This document shows, in pieces, positions 13,288 to 23,362 of a DNA stretch of 64,000 nt (the stretch's first letter is position 1; each line of letters starts with the position of its first letter). The notes under the pieces were generated by a model, which was given only the letters and a program-made list of their open reading frames with translations, was not told the origin of the DNA and ran no database searches. Position numbers and translations under genes: made by a program. Source of the stretch: Squalus acanthias (lineage: Eukaryota). The stretch covers positions 41,850,001-41,914,000 of the forward strand of contig CM059446.1 of assembly GCA_030390025.1 (NCBI GenBank). Reading direction: 5' to 3'.

Positions 13288-14355
13288 GAGGTCGCACAAC
13301 ACCAGGTTATAGTCCAACAGTTTTATTTGAAATCACAAGCTTTCGGAGCTATCGCTCCTTCCTCAGGTGAAGTAAATTGGATACAGAATCGCCAGAGCAT
13401 ATATAGATGGAAAAAAAAGCATGTGTACTTTACAATTGCAGACCAATAAATTAAATCATCCTGACTATCTGCCGAGGTGTGATAAAGTTAATTAAGTCAG
13501 CCAGGAAGGTACCACATCAAAAGACATAGCAAGATACAACTGAGACAATGAGGTGTAGTCGCAGGGGTTCCAACGTGTCAAAAGCTGCCGTCTGTATGTA
13601 AAACGAAAAGCTTTAAAAAAAATTTACTTTTTTACTGGGAAAATTTTTACTTTTTTACTGGGAATCACATCTGTGAACAAGCTAACGACGACTCGAGTCC
13701 GGATCACGTCATGTATCGTGACATAAACCCAAGATCCCGATTGAGACCGTCTTCATGAGTGCGGAACTTGGCTATCAGTTTCTGCTCGATGATTTTGCGT
13801 TGTCGTGTGTTTCTAAGGTTGCCTTGGAGAACGCTTACCCGCAGATCCGAGGCTGAATGTCCTTGACTGCTGAAGTGTTCCCCGACTGGGAGGTAACAAT
13901 CCTGCCTGGCGATTGTTGCGCGGTGCTCGTTCATACGTTGTCTCAGTGTCTGCATGGTCTCGCCGATGTACCATGCCGCGGTGCATTCTTTCCTGCAACG
14001 TATGAGGTAGACAACGTTGGCCGAGTCACATGAGTATGTACCATGTACCTGGTGGGTAGTGTCCTCACGTGTGATGGTGGTATCTGTGTTGATGATCTGG
14101 CACGTCTTGCAGAGTTTGCCATGGCAGGGTTGTGTGGTGTCGTGGTCGCTGTTATCCTGAAAGCTGGGTAATTTGCTGCGAACGATGGTACTTCTGAGGT
14201 TAGGCGGCTGTTTGAAGGCAAGTAGTGGAGGCGTGGGGATGGCCTTAGCGAGGTGTTTGTCGTCATCGATGACATGTTGAAGGCTGCGAAGAACATGTCG
14301 TAGTTTCTCCGCTCCGGGGAAGTACTGGACGACGTAGGGTACCCTGTTGGTTGTG
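13288..14355 (-). repeat. Inverted copy of the PLE 3' ORF end and pLTR
   Basis: The minus-strand translation (13704..13955) is identical to the C-terminus of the main ORF. Junction microhomology tgtg at 14352-14355. Confidence 0.95.
13333..13370 (-). ncRNA. Minimal hammerhead ribozyme motif (PLE family A, inverted copy)
   Basis: Reverse complement of 14652-14689. Confidence 0.83.
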
Positions 14356-14777
14356 ATTCCCAGTAAAAAAGTAAAAATTTTCCCAGTAAAAAAGTAAATT
14401 TTTTTTTAAAGCTTTTCGTTTTACATACAGGCGGTAGCTTTTGACACGTTGGAACCCCTGCGACTACACCTCATTGTCTCAGTTGTATCTTGCTATGTCT
14501 TTTGATGTGGTACCTTCCTGGCTGACTTAATTAACTTTATCACACCTCGGCAGATAGTCAGGATGATTTAATTTATTGGTCTGCAATTGTAAAGTACACA
14601 TGCTTTTTTTTCCATCTATATATGCTCTGGCGATTCTGTATCCAATTTACTTCACCTGAGGAAGGAGCGATAGCTCCGAAAGCTTGTGATTTCAAATAAA
14701 ACTGTTGGACTATAACCTGGTGTTGTGCGACCTCTCAATTTTGTCCACCCCAGTCCAACACCGGCATCTCCGCATCA
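14352..14777 (+). repeat. Upstream pseudo-LTR of the PLE
   Basis: Near-identical to 17490-17915; ends at the A of the ORF start codon. Confidence 0.93.
14652..14689 (+). ncRNA. Minimal type I hammerhead ribozyme motif (PLE family A)
   Basis: UCAC-CUGAGGA-A-GGAGC(GAUA)GCUCC-GAAA-GCUU-GUGA: catalytic boxes, stem II, stem I UCAC/GUGA and palindromic AGCU stem III. Confidence 0.85.
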
Positions 14778-17455
14778 TGACCACTATCGACACCACAAAC
14801 TGCCGGCTCAAAGTGGAGAGAATCGCCAAGAAGATCGCGCATATCGACACCGACATCAAGTATCTACAGAGATGCAAGAAAGCAGACAAGATCCCGAAAG
14901 GACTACAGATCACGAACCCACTCAAGTCGACATACAACACAGACTACGCTGAGAGACTCTGCCGTCGTACCTCTCGCACACTCCTCAACCATCTCGTACA
15001 CCAGCTCTACAGCAAACGCCACAACCTCGAAACCAAGATAGAGTCCATGCTCTCAGCCTGTGCTCAGGACACAGCAGACCAGTTACGAGACACCACCAAA
15101 CAGACGAGGCAACGGAACTACGCTGCCTACATGCGCATCAAGAACAGGAAGCTTGAGAAACTCGGCATCACCACCAGCAGCAACCAAGCCTCCCCCGGTA
15201 CCACGGCTGCAACCACAGGGAAGTCCATCGTCAACTTGTCCGACCATACCCTTCAACCAGACGAAATCGAAGTTCTCGCCCTAGGGCTCAAGTTCTGCCC
15301 AACCACCAAAATGGACCCCATCGGTCTCGCGGCAGACACGGAGGAATTCATCAGGAGAATGAGGCTCCGGGAATACTTCCACAAATCCCAAGATGTCAGC
15401 AACAAACCCAATGAGACAATCAATGATCCAGAACTGCAGACAGAGGGACTCGCAGTGCAGCAACCGAAGAAAAAAGAGTCAAACTGGACCCCTCCGGAGG
15501 GTCGCTGCCCCAAGCTTGACATGTATGCTCAAGCTGTCAGGAAATGCATCAACGCCAGATTCATCAGCCGCACTCACAAGACAGTCCAGAATGTCACCCG
15601 AGCACAACGCAACGCCATCCATGCTCTCAAGACCAACCGCAACATTGTCATCAAACCAGCGGACAAAGGAGGAGCCATCGTCATACAGAACAGAACGGAC
15701 TATTGTAAAGAAGCATACCGACAACTGGACAACCAGGAACACTACAGACAGCTACCCGCAGATCCGACCAAAGAACACACCCGCCAACTCAATAGACTGA
15801 TCAAGACCTTCGATCCAGACCTTCAAAACATCCTACGCGCTCTCATCCCACGTACTCCCCGCGTGGGAGACTTCTACTGCCTCCCAAAGATACACAAAGC
15901 CAACACACCCGGACGTCCTATCGTATCAGGCAATGGAACCCTGTGTGAGAACCTCTCTGGATACGTCGAGGGCATTCTGAAACCCATCGTACAGGGAACC
16001 CCCAGCTTCTGTCGCGACACTACAGACTTCTTACAGAAACTCAGCACCCACGGACCAGTTGAACCAGGAACACTCCTTGCCACGATGGACGTATCGGCAC
16101 TCTACACCAGTATCCCCCACGATGACGGCATCGCTGCAACAGCCTCAGTACTCAACATCAACAACAGCCAATCTCCAGACGCCATCCTACAACTCATCCG
16201 CTTCATCCTTGACCACAATGTCTTCACCTTCGACAACCATTTTTTTACCCAAACACACGGAACAGCCATGGGGACCAAATTCGCACCCCAATACGCCAAC
16301 ATCTTCATGCACAAGTTCGAGCAAGACTTCTTCGCTGCACAGGACCTCCAGCCAACGCTGTACACCAGATACATCGACGACATTTTCTTCCTTTGGACCC
16401 ATGGCGAAGGATCACTGAAAAGACTACACGATAACATAAACAAGTTCCATCCCACCATCAAACTCACCATGGACTACTCCTCAGAATCGGTCTCATTCCT
16501 GGACACACGAATCTCCATCAAAGACGGACACCTCAGCACTTCACTCTACCGCAAGCCCACGGACAACCTCACGATGCTCCACTTCTCCAGCTTCCACCCT
16601 AACCATGTTAAAGAAGCCATCCCCTATGGACAAGCCCTGCGAATACACAGGATCTGCTCAGACGAGGAGGAACACGATGGACACCTACGGACGCTGAAAA
16701 ACGCCCTCGTAAGAACGGGATATGACGCTCGACTCATCGATCGACAGTTCCGACGGGCCACAGCGAAAAATCGCATAGACCTCCTCAGAAGGCAAACACG
16801 GGACACAACCAACAGGGTACCCTACGTCGTCCAGTACTTCCCCGGAGCGGAGAAACTACGACATGTTCTTCGCAGCCTTCAACATGTCATCGATGACGAC
16901 AAACACCTCGCTAAGGCCATCCCCACGCCTCCACTACTTGCCTTCAAACAGCCGCCTAACCTCAGAAGTACCATCGTTCGCAGCAAATTACCCAGCTTTC
17001 AGGATAACAGCGACCACGACACCACACAACCCTGCCATGGCAAACTCTGCAAGACGTGCCAGATCATCAACACAGATACCACCATCACACGTGAGGACAC
17101 TACCCACCAGGTACATGGTACATACTCATGTGACTCGGCCAACGTTGTCTACCTCATACGTTGCAGGAAAGAATGCACCGCGGCATGGTACATCGGCGAG
17201 ACCATGCAGACACTGAGACAACGTATGAACGAGCACCGCGCAACAATCGCCAGGCAGGATTGTTACCTCCCAGTTGGGGAACACTTCAGCAGTCAAGGAC
17301 ATTCAGCCTCGGATCTGCGGGTAAGCGTTCTCCAAGGCAACCTTAGAAACACACGACAACGCAAAATCATCGAGCAGAAACTGATAGCCAAGTTCCGCAC
17401 TCATGAAGACGGTCTCAATCGGGATCTTGGGTTTATGTCACGATACATGACGTGA
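14777..17455 (+). CDS. Penelope-like element (Neptune-type) polyprotein: reverse transcriptase + GIY-YIG endonuclease, intact
   Basis: Uninterrupted ORF (track 14705..17455; first ATG 14777). PLE RT motifs IKPADKGG, FYCLPKIHK, PGRPIVS, ATMDVSALYTSI, GTAMG, YTRYIDDIF. CxxxxCxxC linker (CHGKLCKTC). GIY-YIG domain VVYLIRCRKEC..WYIGET..RMNEH..EHF..GH..GLN. Confidence 0.96.
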   Translation: MTTIDTTNCRLKVERIAKKIAHIDTDIKYLQRCKKADKIPKGLQITNPLKSTYNTDYAERLCRRTSRTLLNHLVHQLYSKRHNLETKIESMLSACAQDTADQLRDTTKQTRQRNYAAYMRIKNRKLEKLGITTSSNQASPGTTAATTGKSIVNLSDHTLQPDEIEVLALGLKFCPTTKMDPIGLAADTEEFIRRMRLREYFHKSQDVSNKPNETINDPELQTEGLAVQQPKKKESNWTPPEGRCPKLDMYAQAVRKCINARFISRTHKTVQNVTRAQRNAIHALKTNRNIVIKPADKGGAIVIQNRTDYCKEAYRQLDNQEHYRQLPADPTKEHTRQLNRLIKTFDPDLQNILRALIPRTPRVGDFYCLPKIHKANTPGRPIVSGNGTLCENLSGYVEGILKPIVQGTPSFCRDTTDFLQKLSTHGPVEPGTLLATMDVSALYTSIPHDDGIAATASVLNINNSQSPDAILQLIRFILDHNVFTFDNHFFTQTHGTAMGTKFAPQYANIFMHKFEQDFFAAQDLQPTLYTRYIDDIFFLWTHGEGSLKRLHDNINKFHPTIKLTMDYSSESVSFLDTRISIKDGHLSTSLYRKPTDNLTMLHFSSFHPNHVKEAIPYGQALRIHRICSDEEEHDGHLRTLKNALVRTGYDARLIDRQFRRATAKNRIDLLRRQTRDTTNRVPYVVQYFPGAEKLRHVLRSLQHVIDDDKHLAKAIPTPPLLAFKQPPNLRSTIVRSKLPSFQDNSDHDTTQPCHGKLCKTCQIINTDTTITREDTTHQVHGTYSCDSANVVYLIRCRKECTAAWYIGETMQTLRQRMNEHRATIARQDCYLPVGEHFSSQGHSASDLRVSVLQGNLRNTRQRKIIEQKLIAKFRTHEDGLNRDLGFMSRYMT

Positions 17456-17489
17456 TCCGGACTCGAGTCGTCGTTAGCTTGTTCACAGA

Positions 17490-17915
17490 TGTGATTCCCA
17501 GTAAAAAAGTAAAAATTTTCCCAGTAAAAAAGTAAAATTTTTTTTAAAGCTTTTCGTTTTACATACAGACGGTAGCTTTTGACACGTTGGAACCCCTGCG
17601 ACTACACCTCATTGTCTCAGTTGTATCTTGCTATGTCTTTTGATGTGGTACCTTCCTGGCTGACTTAATTAACTTTATCACACCTCGGCAGATAGTCAGG
17701 ATGATTTAATTTATTGGTCTGCAATTGTAAAGTACACATGCTTTTTTTTCCATCTATATATGCTCTGGCGATTCTGTATCCAATTTACTTCACCTGAGGA
17801 AGGAGCGATAGCTCCGAAAGCTTGTGATTTCAAATAAAACTGTTGGACTATAACCTGGTGTTGTGCGACCTCTCAATTTTGTCCACCCCAGTCCAACACC
17901 GGCATCTCCGCATCA
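17490..17915 (+). repeat. Downstream pseudo-LTR of the PLE
   Basis: Near-identical to 14352-14777; followed directly by the TSD. Confidence 0.93.
17790..17827 (+). ncRNA. Minimal hammerhead ribozyme motif (PLE family A)
   Basis: Identical to 14652-14689. Confidence 0.85.
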
Positions 17916-17979
17916 CAACTTTCTTTTGACATTTGTGCTGTCAGTATTCTACAGCATTGAGGTGCTGCAAACACTGACA

Positions 17980-18215
17980 ATGACTGCACAGAGGCAAAGG
18001 GCTGCACCCAAGCTCTCACATAACTCTCTCCATATGCTTATGGAGGGAGTCACAGCACACAGGGAGGTCCTCTTCCCTTCCCATATGCAGAAGAGACCTC
18101 CCCAGGAGACCAACGCAGCCTGGTTGCACATTGCAGAGGAGGACACAAGCAGGGATGTGGTCAGGAGGACCTGGGTGCAGTGCCGCAAACCTTTCAATGA
18201 TCTCAATAGATCACA
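17980..18215 (+). pseudogene. Myb/SANT-like DNA-binding domain remnant (Harbinger ORF2-type)
   Basis: RAAPKLS..L..L..GV..HREVLFP...AW.HIAEE..SRDVVRRTWVQCRKPFNDL fits the Myb/SANT-like trihelix pattern. Confidence 0.72.
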
Positions 18216-19387
18216 AAACGCTAGTACAAAGTCACACTCAACCTCATCCTGCTGTGCCTCTCATCACATCCCCATCACTCTGCCTTCCCTACCCTACTCC
18301 TGCACATCCTTACTCACACCAACTTACCTTGCACCTCCACACATCCCTCTCTATCTACATTATCACATCCCCATCTCACTAGCCACCCCTCACACTCACC
18401 CTCATCCTAGTGTAATCACACCAACTAACAACACACTTGGGTGTTTTATGCAATGTTCATGTAAAGTTTCTGTTAATGTGGTGTCAAACATTGAAACCTT
18501 TATTTTGAACACTTTGCTTTCTTGGTCAGATTTGTGTGCTTTGGAAGTGGCTTAGTGAGTTGCCGTGAATGGTGAGACAGAACGGTACCCCCTGCAATGG
18601 TGATGAGTGTGAAAGGAATGGCTTGGGCATTGTAGGGATGATTTATGGTGTTGGTGTGGGGTGGTACCAACCTGGTGCTTCATGTACAGCATCAAGTGAA
18701 GGAAATCTGGCCATGGTGAAGCCATCCCTGGCCTTCCGGGCAGCAACGTGCTCGAGTGCTGATGCTCTCTGTCCTGTGCAGCATCAGGTGATTGCGAAGA
18801 AGGTTGGTGGTGGTGTTGGTGCTGTTGGTGTGCCTGGTGTTACTGGTGTTGGGTCTGATTGTGGTGGGATTCTGAGGACCAAGGTGAGAGAGTATAAAGG
18901 GCACCCATGCTGATGAAATAGATGGCAGGTGAAGTAGAGTTGACAGAAGCGATCTGTCAATGGTGAGAGAGGTAATGAGTTCAGACTGGATGGAGACTTG
19001 TGTAAAGACTTGCAGCATGGTGAATCTGTTGTGGAAATGCAGTGAGGAAGAGCTTGTGGCTGAGGGAAGATATCTCTGTAAGGTGGGAGCTTTTACTTTA
19101 CATTTAAAGCTGTCAACTCAACAGCTGATTCAATGGCCGCTGAACTCCTGCCTCAGCTTGACAGACGTGGTCCACGACTAGCGCGGACCCCATGGGCGAG
19201 CTGTCAAATGCAGAAGGTGAGTTGAAATTCATTCTTAAGTGGCTCTAAACAAGCCACTAATTACCTGAATTGGATCCCCCGCTGTGAACCCGCCGCTGCG
19301 TGTCGGGTCTGCTCAGCGCTGACAGACCCGACATCGGGGAAGGGTGCTTGGCGGCGGGTTCACAGCGGGGTCCCGATCCGCTGGGGA

Positions 19388-19690
19388 AAAAACTAAAGGG
19401 AAGATCTGTGATAAGGTAGAAGGTAGGAGTGATTTAATGAACAGCAGAATCATTACCAGCACCTGCTGTCTGAAAAAATGGGAGCAGAGGTTATGATCTG
19501 AAATTGTTGAACTCGATATTGAGTCCGGAAGGTTGTGAAGTGCCTAATAGAAAGATGAGGTGCTGTTCCTCGAGCTTCCGTTGAGCTTCATTGGAACAGT
19601 GTAGGAGGCCGAGGTCAGAGTTGGAGTGGATCGGAGAATTAAAATGGATAGCGACCGGAAGCTCAGGGTCATGCTTATGACTGAATGGAA
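19388..19690 (-). mobile_element. PLE family B fragment: GIY-YIG C-terminus and start of 3' repeat
   Basis: Translation LPVAIHFNSPIHSNSDL..EAQRKLEEQHLIFLLGTSQPSGLNIEFNNF. Downstream sequence (aagggaagatctgtgataaggtagaagg) matches 22896-22925. Confidence 0.8.
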
Positions 19691-20011
19691 CAAGCACAAG
19701 CAGTGTTGCAAAGGCACTTACCTTCTCCCCGAAGCTGTCCTCGCCTCGCTTCAGCTGCCGGGTTTCCCGAGGCCTGGGAAACCCAGCCGGCCACTGTAAA
19801 ACCTGCAAAGCAAGTTAAATCAGAGGCTGCCAGCCTCATTAAAACAGCTGAATTGCCAACCCGCCTCCTGGGAAAGGGTTAGCTGCCCGTCCCTTGTCCT
19901 GCCACTGTTAAACCCGGAAGTAGACGGGTTGAGGTCGGGTTTCGGACTTTTAAAATTTTAATAACTGACTCGACCCCAAACCATCTGTATTTGAGTGTTA
20001 AATTTCAGCCC
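19690..20011 (-). mobile_element. Fragment of the 9037 family
   Basis: Diverged reverse complement of 9037-9340. Confidence 0.62.
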
Positions 20012-20241
20012 ATAGATTTCATTAATCATTTTGGCATAGAACTGACGAAAGGTTTTTATCACTTTTTTACATGCTTTTTTTTCTTTCCGGAGGGGCATCA
20101 TAATCAATTAGTAATTTATAAGATGCCTAGGATCTAGAATCCTTCAAGATACATCTTGCTACTAATCACACTTTGATTCATGTATGACAATATTCATTGT
20201 TTTAAGATTAATAAGTGGCCTGACATTGAGAAATGCATGTA

Positions 20242-20510
20242 CAGGAATCCCGCCCCAACCCCGGTTTTGCCATACGTGGATTTCAAGTATACACGGTTTC
20301 CTCTCTGCGACAACTTTTGCCAACCGCGGCAGTGAAACTTGTGTATACGCGGTTTTTAATTTAGGATTAAGGTAAATAACATGATTTTATTGCTTTTATA
20401 TTCTTTTTTATTGTATTATTTGAACATTTATACTGTATTTGCCAACCGCGGTTTTACTAACCACGGGGGTTTTCAGGGACGTATCCCCCGCGATTGGGGA
20501 GGGATTACTG
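20242..20510. mobile_element. Tigger/pogo-like MITE
   Basis: TA TSD; TIR caggaatcccgccccaa / ttggggagggattactg; near-identical copy at 41896-42163. Confidence 0.85.
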
Positions 20511-20861
20511 TATATAAACCTTCTTAAAAAAAACTAATAGCTTACACACATTTTCCTAATTTTGCATGACTGATTTTAGCTGTGCCTCAGTAATCTGGTG
20601 AGAGTACTTACGTGCCTCTAAAGCCACAGTGACAGCTTATTAAAGTGATTCAGTGTGGAGGTACATTGCAAACACTTGACAGTATGCATGTAAGTAAGCC
20701 TTGCTGTATGTACTGAGAGTGGAGCATGGTTTTTACATGTACTTTTGATTAGTAATTAAAAACCAAAATGAAAACAAAGAATCAAATCAGAACCGGCATT
20801 CCAGAGAGGCCAGTAAATCAGGTGCAGCTGAAGGAAACGTTGGACAACCTGACTGAACACC

Positions 20862-21058
20862 TGAAATAACAACAGAAAATGCTGGAAACTCTCAGCAGGT
20901 CAGGCAGCATCCGTGGAGAGAGGAACAGATTTAACGTTTCAGGTCTGTGACCCTTCGTCAGAACTGGAAAAAGTTAGAGATGGAACAGATTTTAAGCAGG
21001 TGCAGAGGCAGGGAAAGCGGGGAGGGGAGCAAAGAACAAAAGGGACGGTCTGTGATTT
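20862..21058 (-). mobile_element. PLE family B pLTR fragment with hammerhead motif (20929-20965)
   Basis: Diverged reverse complement of ~23130-23335; core CUGACGA-AGGGUC(ACA)GACCU-GAAA-CGUU. Confidence 0.8.
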
Positions 21059-22697
21059 GGTTCACTGAATGTATTATGGTTAACAAAAAAAGTAAACTTT
21101 TTATAACAGTCTGTAAGCTAAACTGCTAACATTTTTATTATTTAGTCATCATTGTGCAATACGTGCACATCTTTAAAACTCCTGCTGTACGCGATTTGAA
21201 TTTACTGTCCGTGTGACTTTGATTAGTATTAACAGCTTCTCAACCTGTTATTTGATTACACTGATCTTACCTGATTGTCAAATATAAACATCCGATTCTG
21301 AGTTTAAGACACTGTGGGCTAGAAATTCGTCTCGGGCAGTGGTGCAAAGCGGGCAGTATCGGATCAGCCGCCTGTTATACGCAGTTCTATTGCAGTCAAT
21401 GACGCTGAATATCAGGCGCTGTGTATAACGGGCGGCCAATCCGATACCGCCCGTGACGAATTCCTAGGCCTTTGACTACCCAGCCTCACTTGGCCCATCC
21501 GCGTGCTCTGCTTCAGTGCCTCAGAGTTGATTAATAGCCCAGACAGCGAAACAGTTCCTCACGGGACTGAACCAAGCCTTCCACAGTTCTAAAATAAAGC
21601 AGAAGCTGCCCGGGGGAAGATACCTGGAACACATAAAATTGGTGCTTCATGTCATCATGTTAATGGAATCTGATGACAGTGCCTCAAATTATACAGTTCT
21701 TTGAAAAAGGTTATGTAACAAGAGCATTTTGGATAGCAGACAACTTTCTTTGAAAAATTATTCTCTACATTCAGCATGTTTGGCATAAAATTGAACAGAT
21801 TTTAAAGCCGTCAGCTGTCTGCTGATTTTTGAGTAGGATTGGGATGTCAGGCCTGTGTCAACACAACGGATGTTTGAGAATGGAGATCTTTAGAGCTGGA
21901 TTGGGTTATCTTTCTCATGCAACGGAAATATGAATTAACACTCCCTGCCAAAAAGGTCTAACTTTTGCTAAAAGTGCATCTGATGCAGTGATTCGCACAC
22001 CTGAAATCAGATTTATCCCTGCTTTTATTGGTGAATTTGTAATCACCAGCGCCTCCGATGTATGCATAGAATTCACGCTGCCTCATGATGCAGATCCGGG
22101 TTCTGACCGTTGCAGGTAAGTAGAGACATTTTTGAAGCACTGAATTGCACACGTTTGACACATGCCAGCGTTTTTCTTTTGAAACGAATGCTAAGTAGAT
22201 GGCTGTGCTGCATCTAATTTGTATATCTGAGTTGGAGAGTGAGGAGGCTTGTCTGTGCGTGTGACATGTGCTGAGAGTTGTCAGGTGCACGTCAATTGCA
22301 GTTACTGAAAAGAGCCGAGCTCTATAATTTTAATACGACAAGTATAAATTATGCAGGCGCATTGTCGTGAAAATAGTTAACTGACGACAGGCAGGCTGTT
22401 ATTCCAACTCAAGGGTGTGCGACAGTGAAAAGATCTCAAACAATGGGCTTTGTTTTTTTATTAAAAGGTGTAATTGGAGTTCTGAATCCGTGACAGTAAT
22501 TACTGTAGAAATATTTAATGGTACTTTATCTGCAGATGATCGATACAGTGAATTTAATGTTTGAAAAGTATTTTATTATTGGTCACTCATTTTCTTCTCA
22601 GTTCTGCACATGGATTTAAGTATTATGCATGTCTATCATTTAATTAGAACAGCACAGCTTTTTGTCTTAAATTACAGTTTTCTCTTGCTTCCCTTGT

Positions 22698-22868
22698 CAT
22701 CAGCTGTGGCTCAGTGAGTAGCACTCTCTCCTCTGGGTCAGAAGGTTGTGGGTTCAAGTCCCACGCTAGAGACTTGACCACAAAAATATAGGCTGGCACT
22801 CCAGTGCAGTACTGAGGGAGTGCTGCACTGTCGGAGGTGCCATCTTTCGGATGAGCTGTTAAACCGAG
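22698..22868 (+). mobile_element. DeuSINE 5' part
   Basis: cagctgtggctcagtgagtagc..gttaaaccgagg, joined to a PLE fragment. Confidence 0.78.
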
Positions 22869-23362
22869 GAAGGGGGGAGGGGAGGAAAGATCTAAAAGGG
22901 AAGGTCTGTGATAGGATGGAAGGCAGAAGAGATTAAGAGGCAAAAGGGATGATGGTGCAAGGCAAAAGTAGATGGTAATGGGACAAGTTAAGAAACAAAA
23001 GATGACTCTAGATGAAGTGTAAATGGCAATAGCAGAGTGATCAACAGCTGCCATGTGAGAGAGAGAAAAAAAAATGAAAAAAAAGCTCTCTGTCCTCGGC
23101 CTCTTTTGTCTCTTAATCTCTCCTGCCTTCCATCCTATCACAGACCTTCCCTTTTGTTCTTTCCTCCCCTCCCCCCTCTCCCTGCCCCTGCACTTGCTTA
23201 AAAACCTGTTCCATCTCCAACTTTTTCCAGTTCTGACGAAGGGTCATCGACCTGAAACGTTGACTCTGTTTCTCTCTCCACAGATGCTGCCTGACCTGCT
23301 GAGTATCTCCAGCATTTTCTGTTTTTATTTCAGATTTCCAGCACCCGCAGTATTTTGCTTTT
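22868..23362 (+). mobile_element. PLE family B pLTR, partial inverted arm plus direct arm
   Basis: 22875-22950 is inverted relative to 23100-23180. The 3' end matches 7780-7907. Confidence 0.82.
23229..23265 (+). ncRNA. Minimal hammerhead ribozyme motif (family B)
   Basis: AGUU-CUGACGA-A-GGGUC(AUC)GACCU-GAAA-CGUU-GACU; palindromic ACGU stem III. Confidence 0.82.

Larger units (their letters stand above)
13288..17915 (+). mobile_element. Complete PLE insertion: inverted 3' copy + pLTR + ORF + pLTR
   Basis: TSD caactttcttttga at 13274-13287 and 17916-17929. 13288-14355 is the reverse complement of ~16804-17874. 14352-14777 is a direct repeat of 17490-17915. Confidence 0.95.
12983..19385 (+). 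mobile_element. Harbinger-like non-autonomous element (copy 2), interrupted by the PLE
   Basis: TIR-like start, Myb/SANT-like remnant, and homology with copy 1. Confidence 0.7.

Noticed and set aside
14705-14776. N-terminal extension of the PLE ORF from a TTG start
   Set aside because: It lies in the pLTR. The ATG at 14777 coincides with the repeat boundary and is the likelier start.
17863-18555. 230-aa ORF as a host or fusion gene
   Set aside because: A chance read-through from the PLE tail into the degenerate Myb remnant and non-coding sequence; copy 1 lacks this frame.
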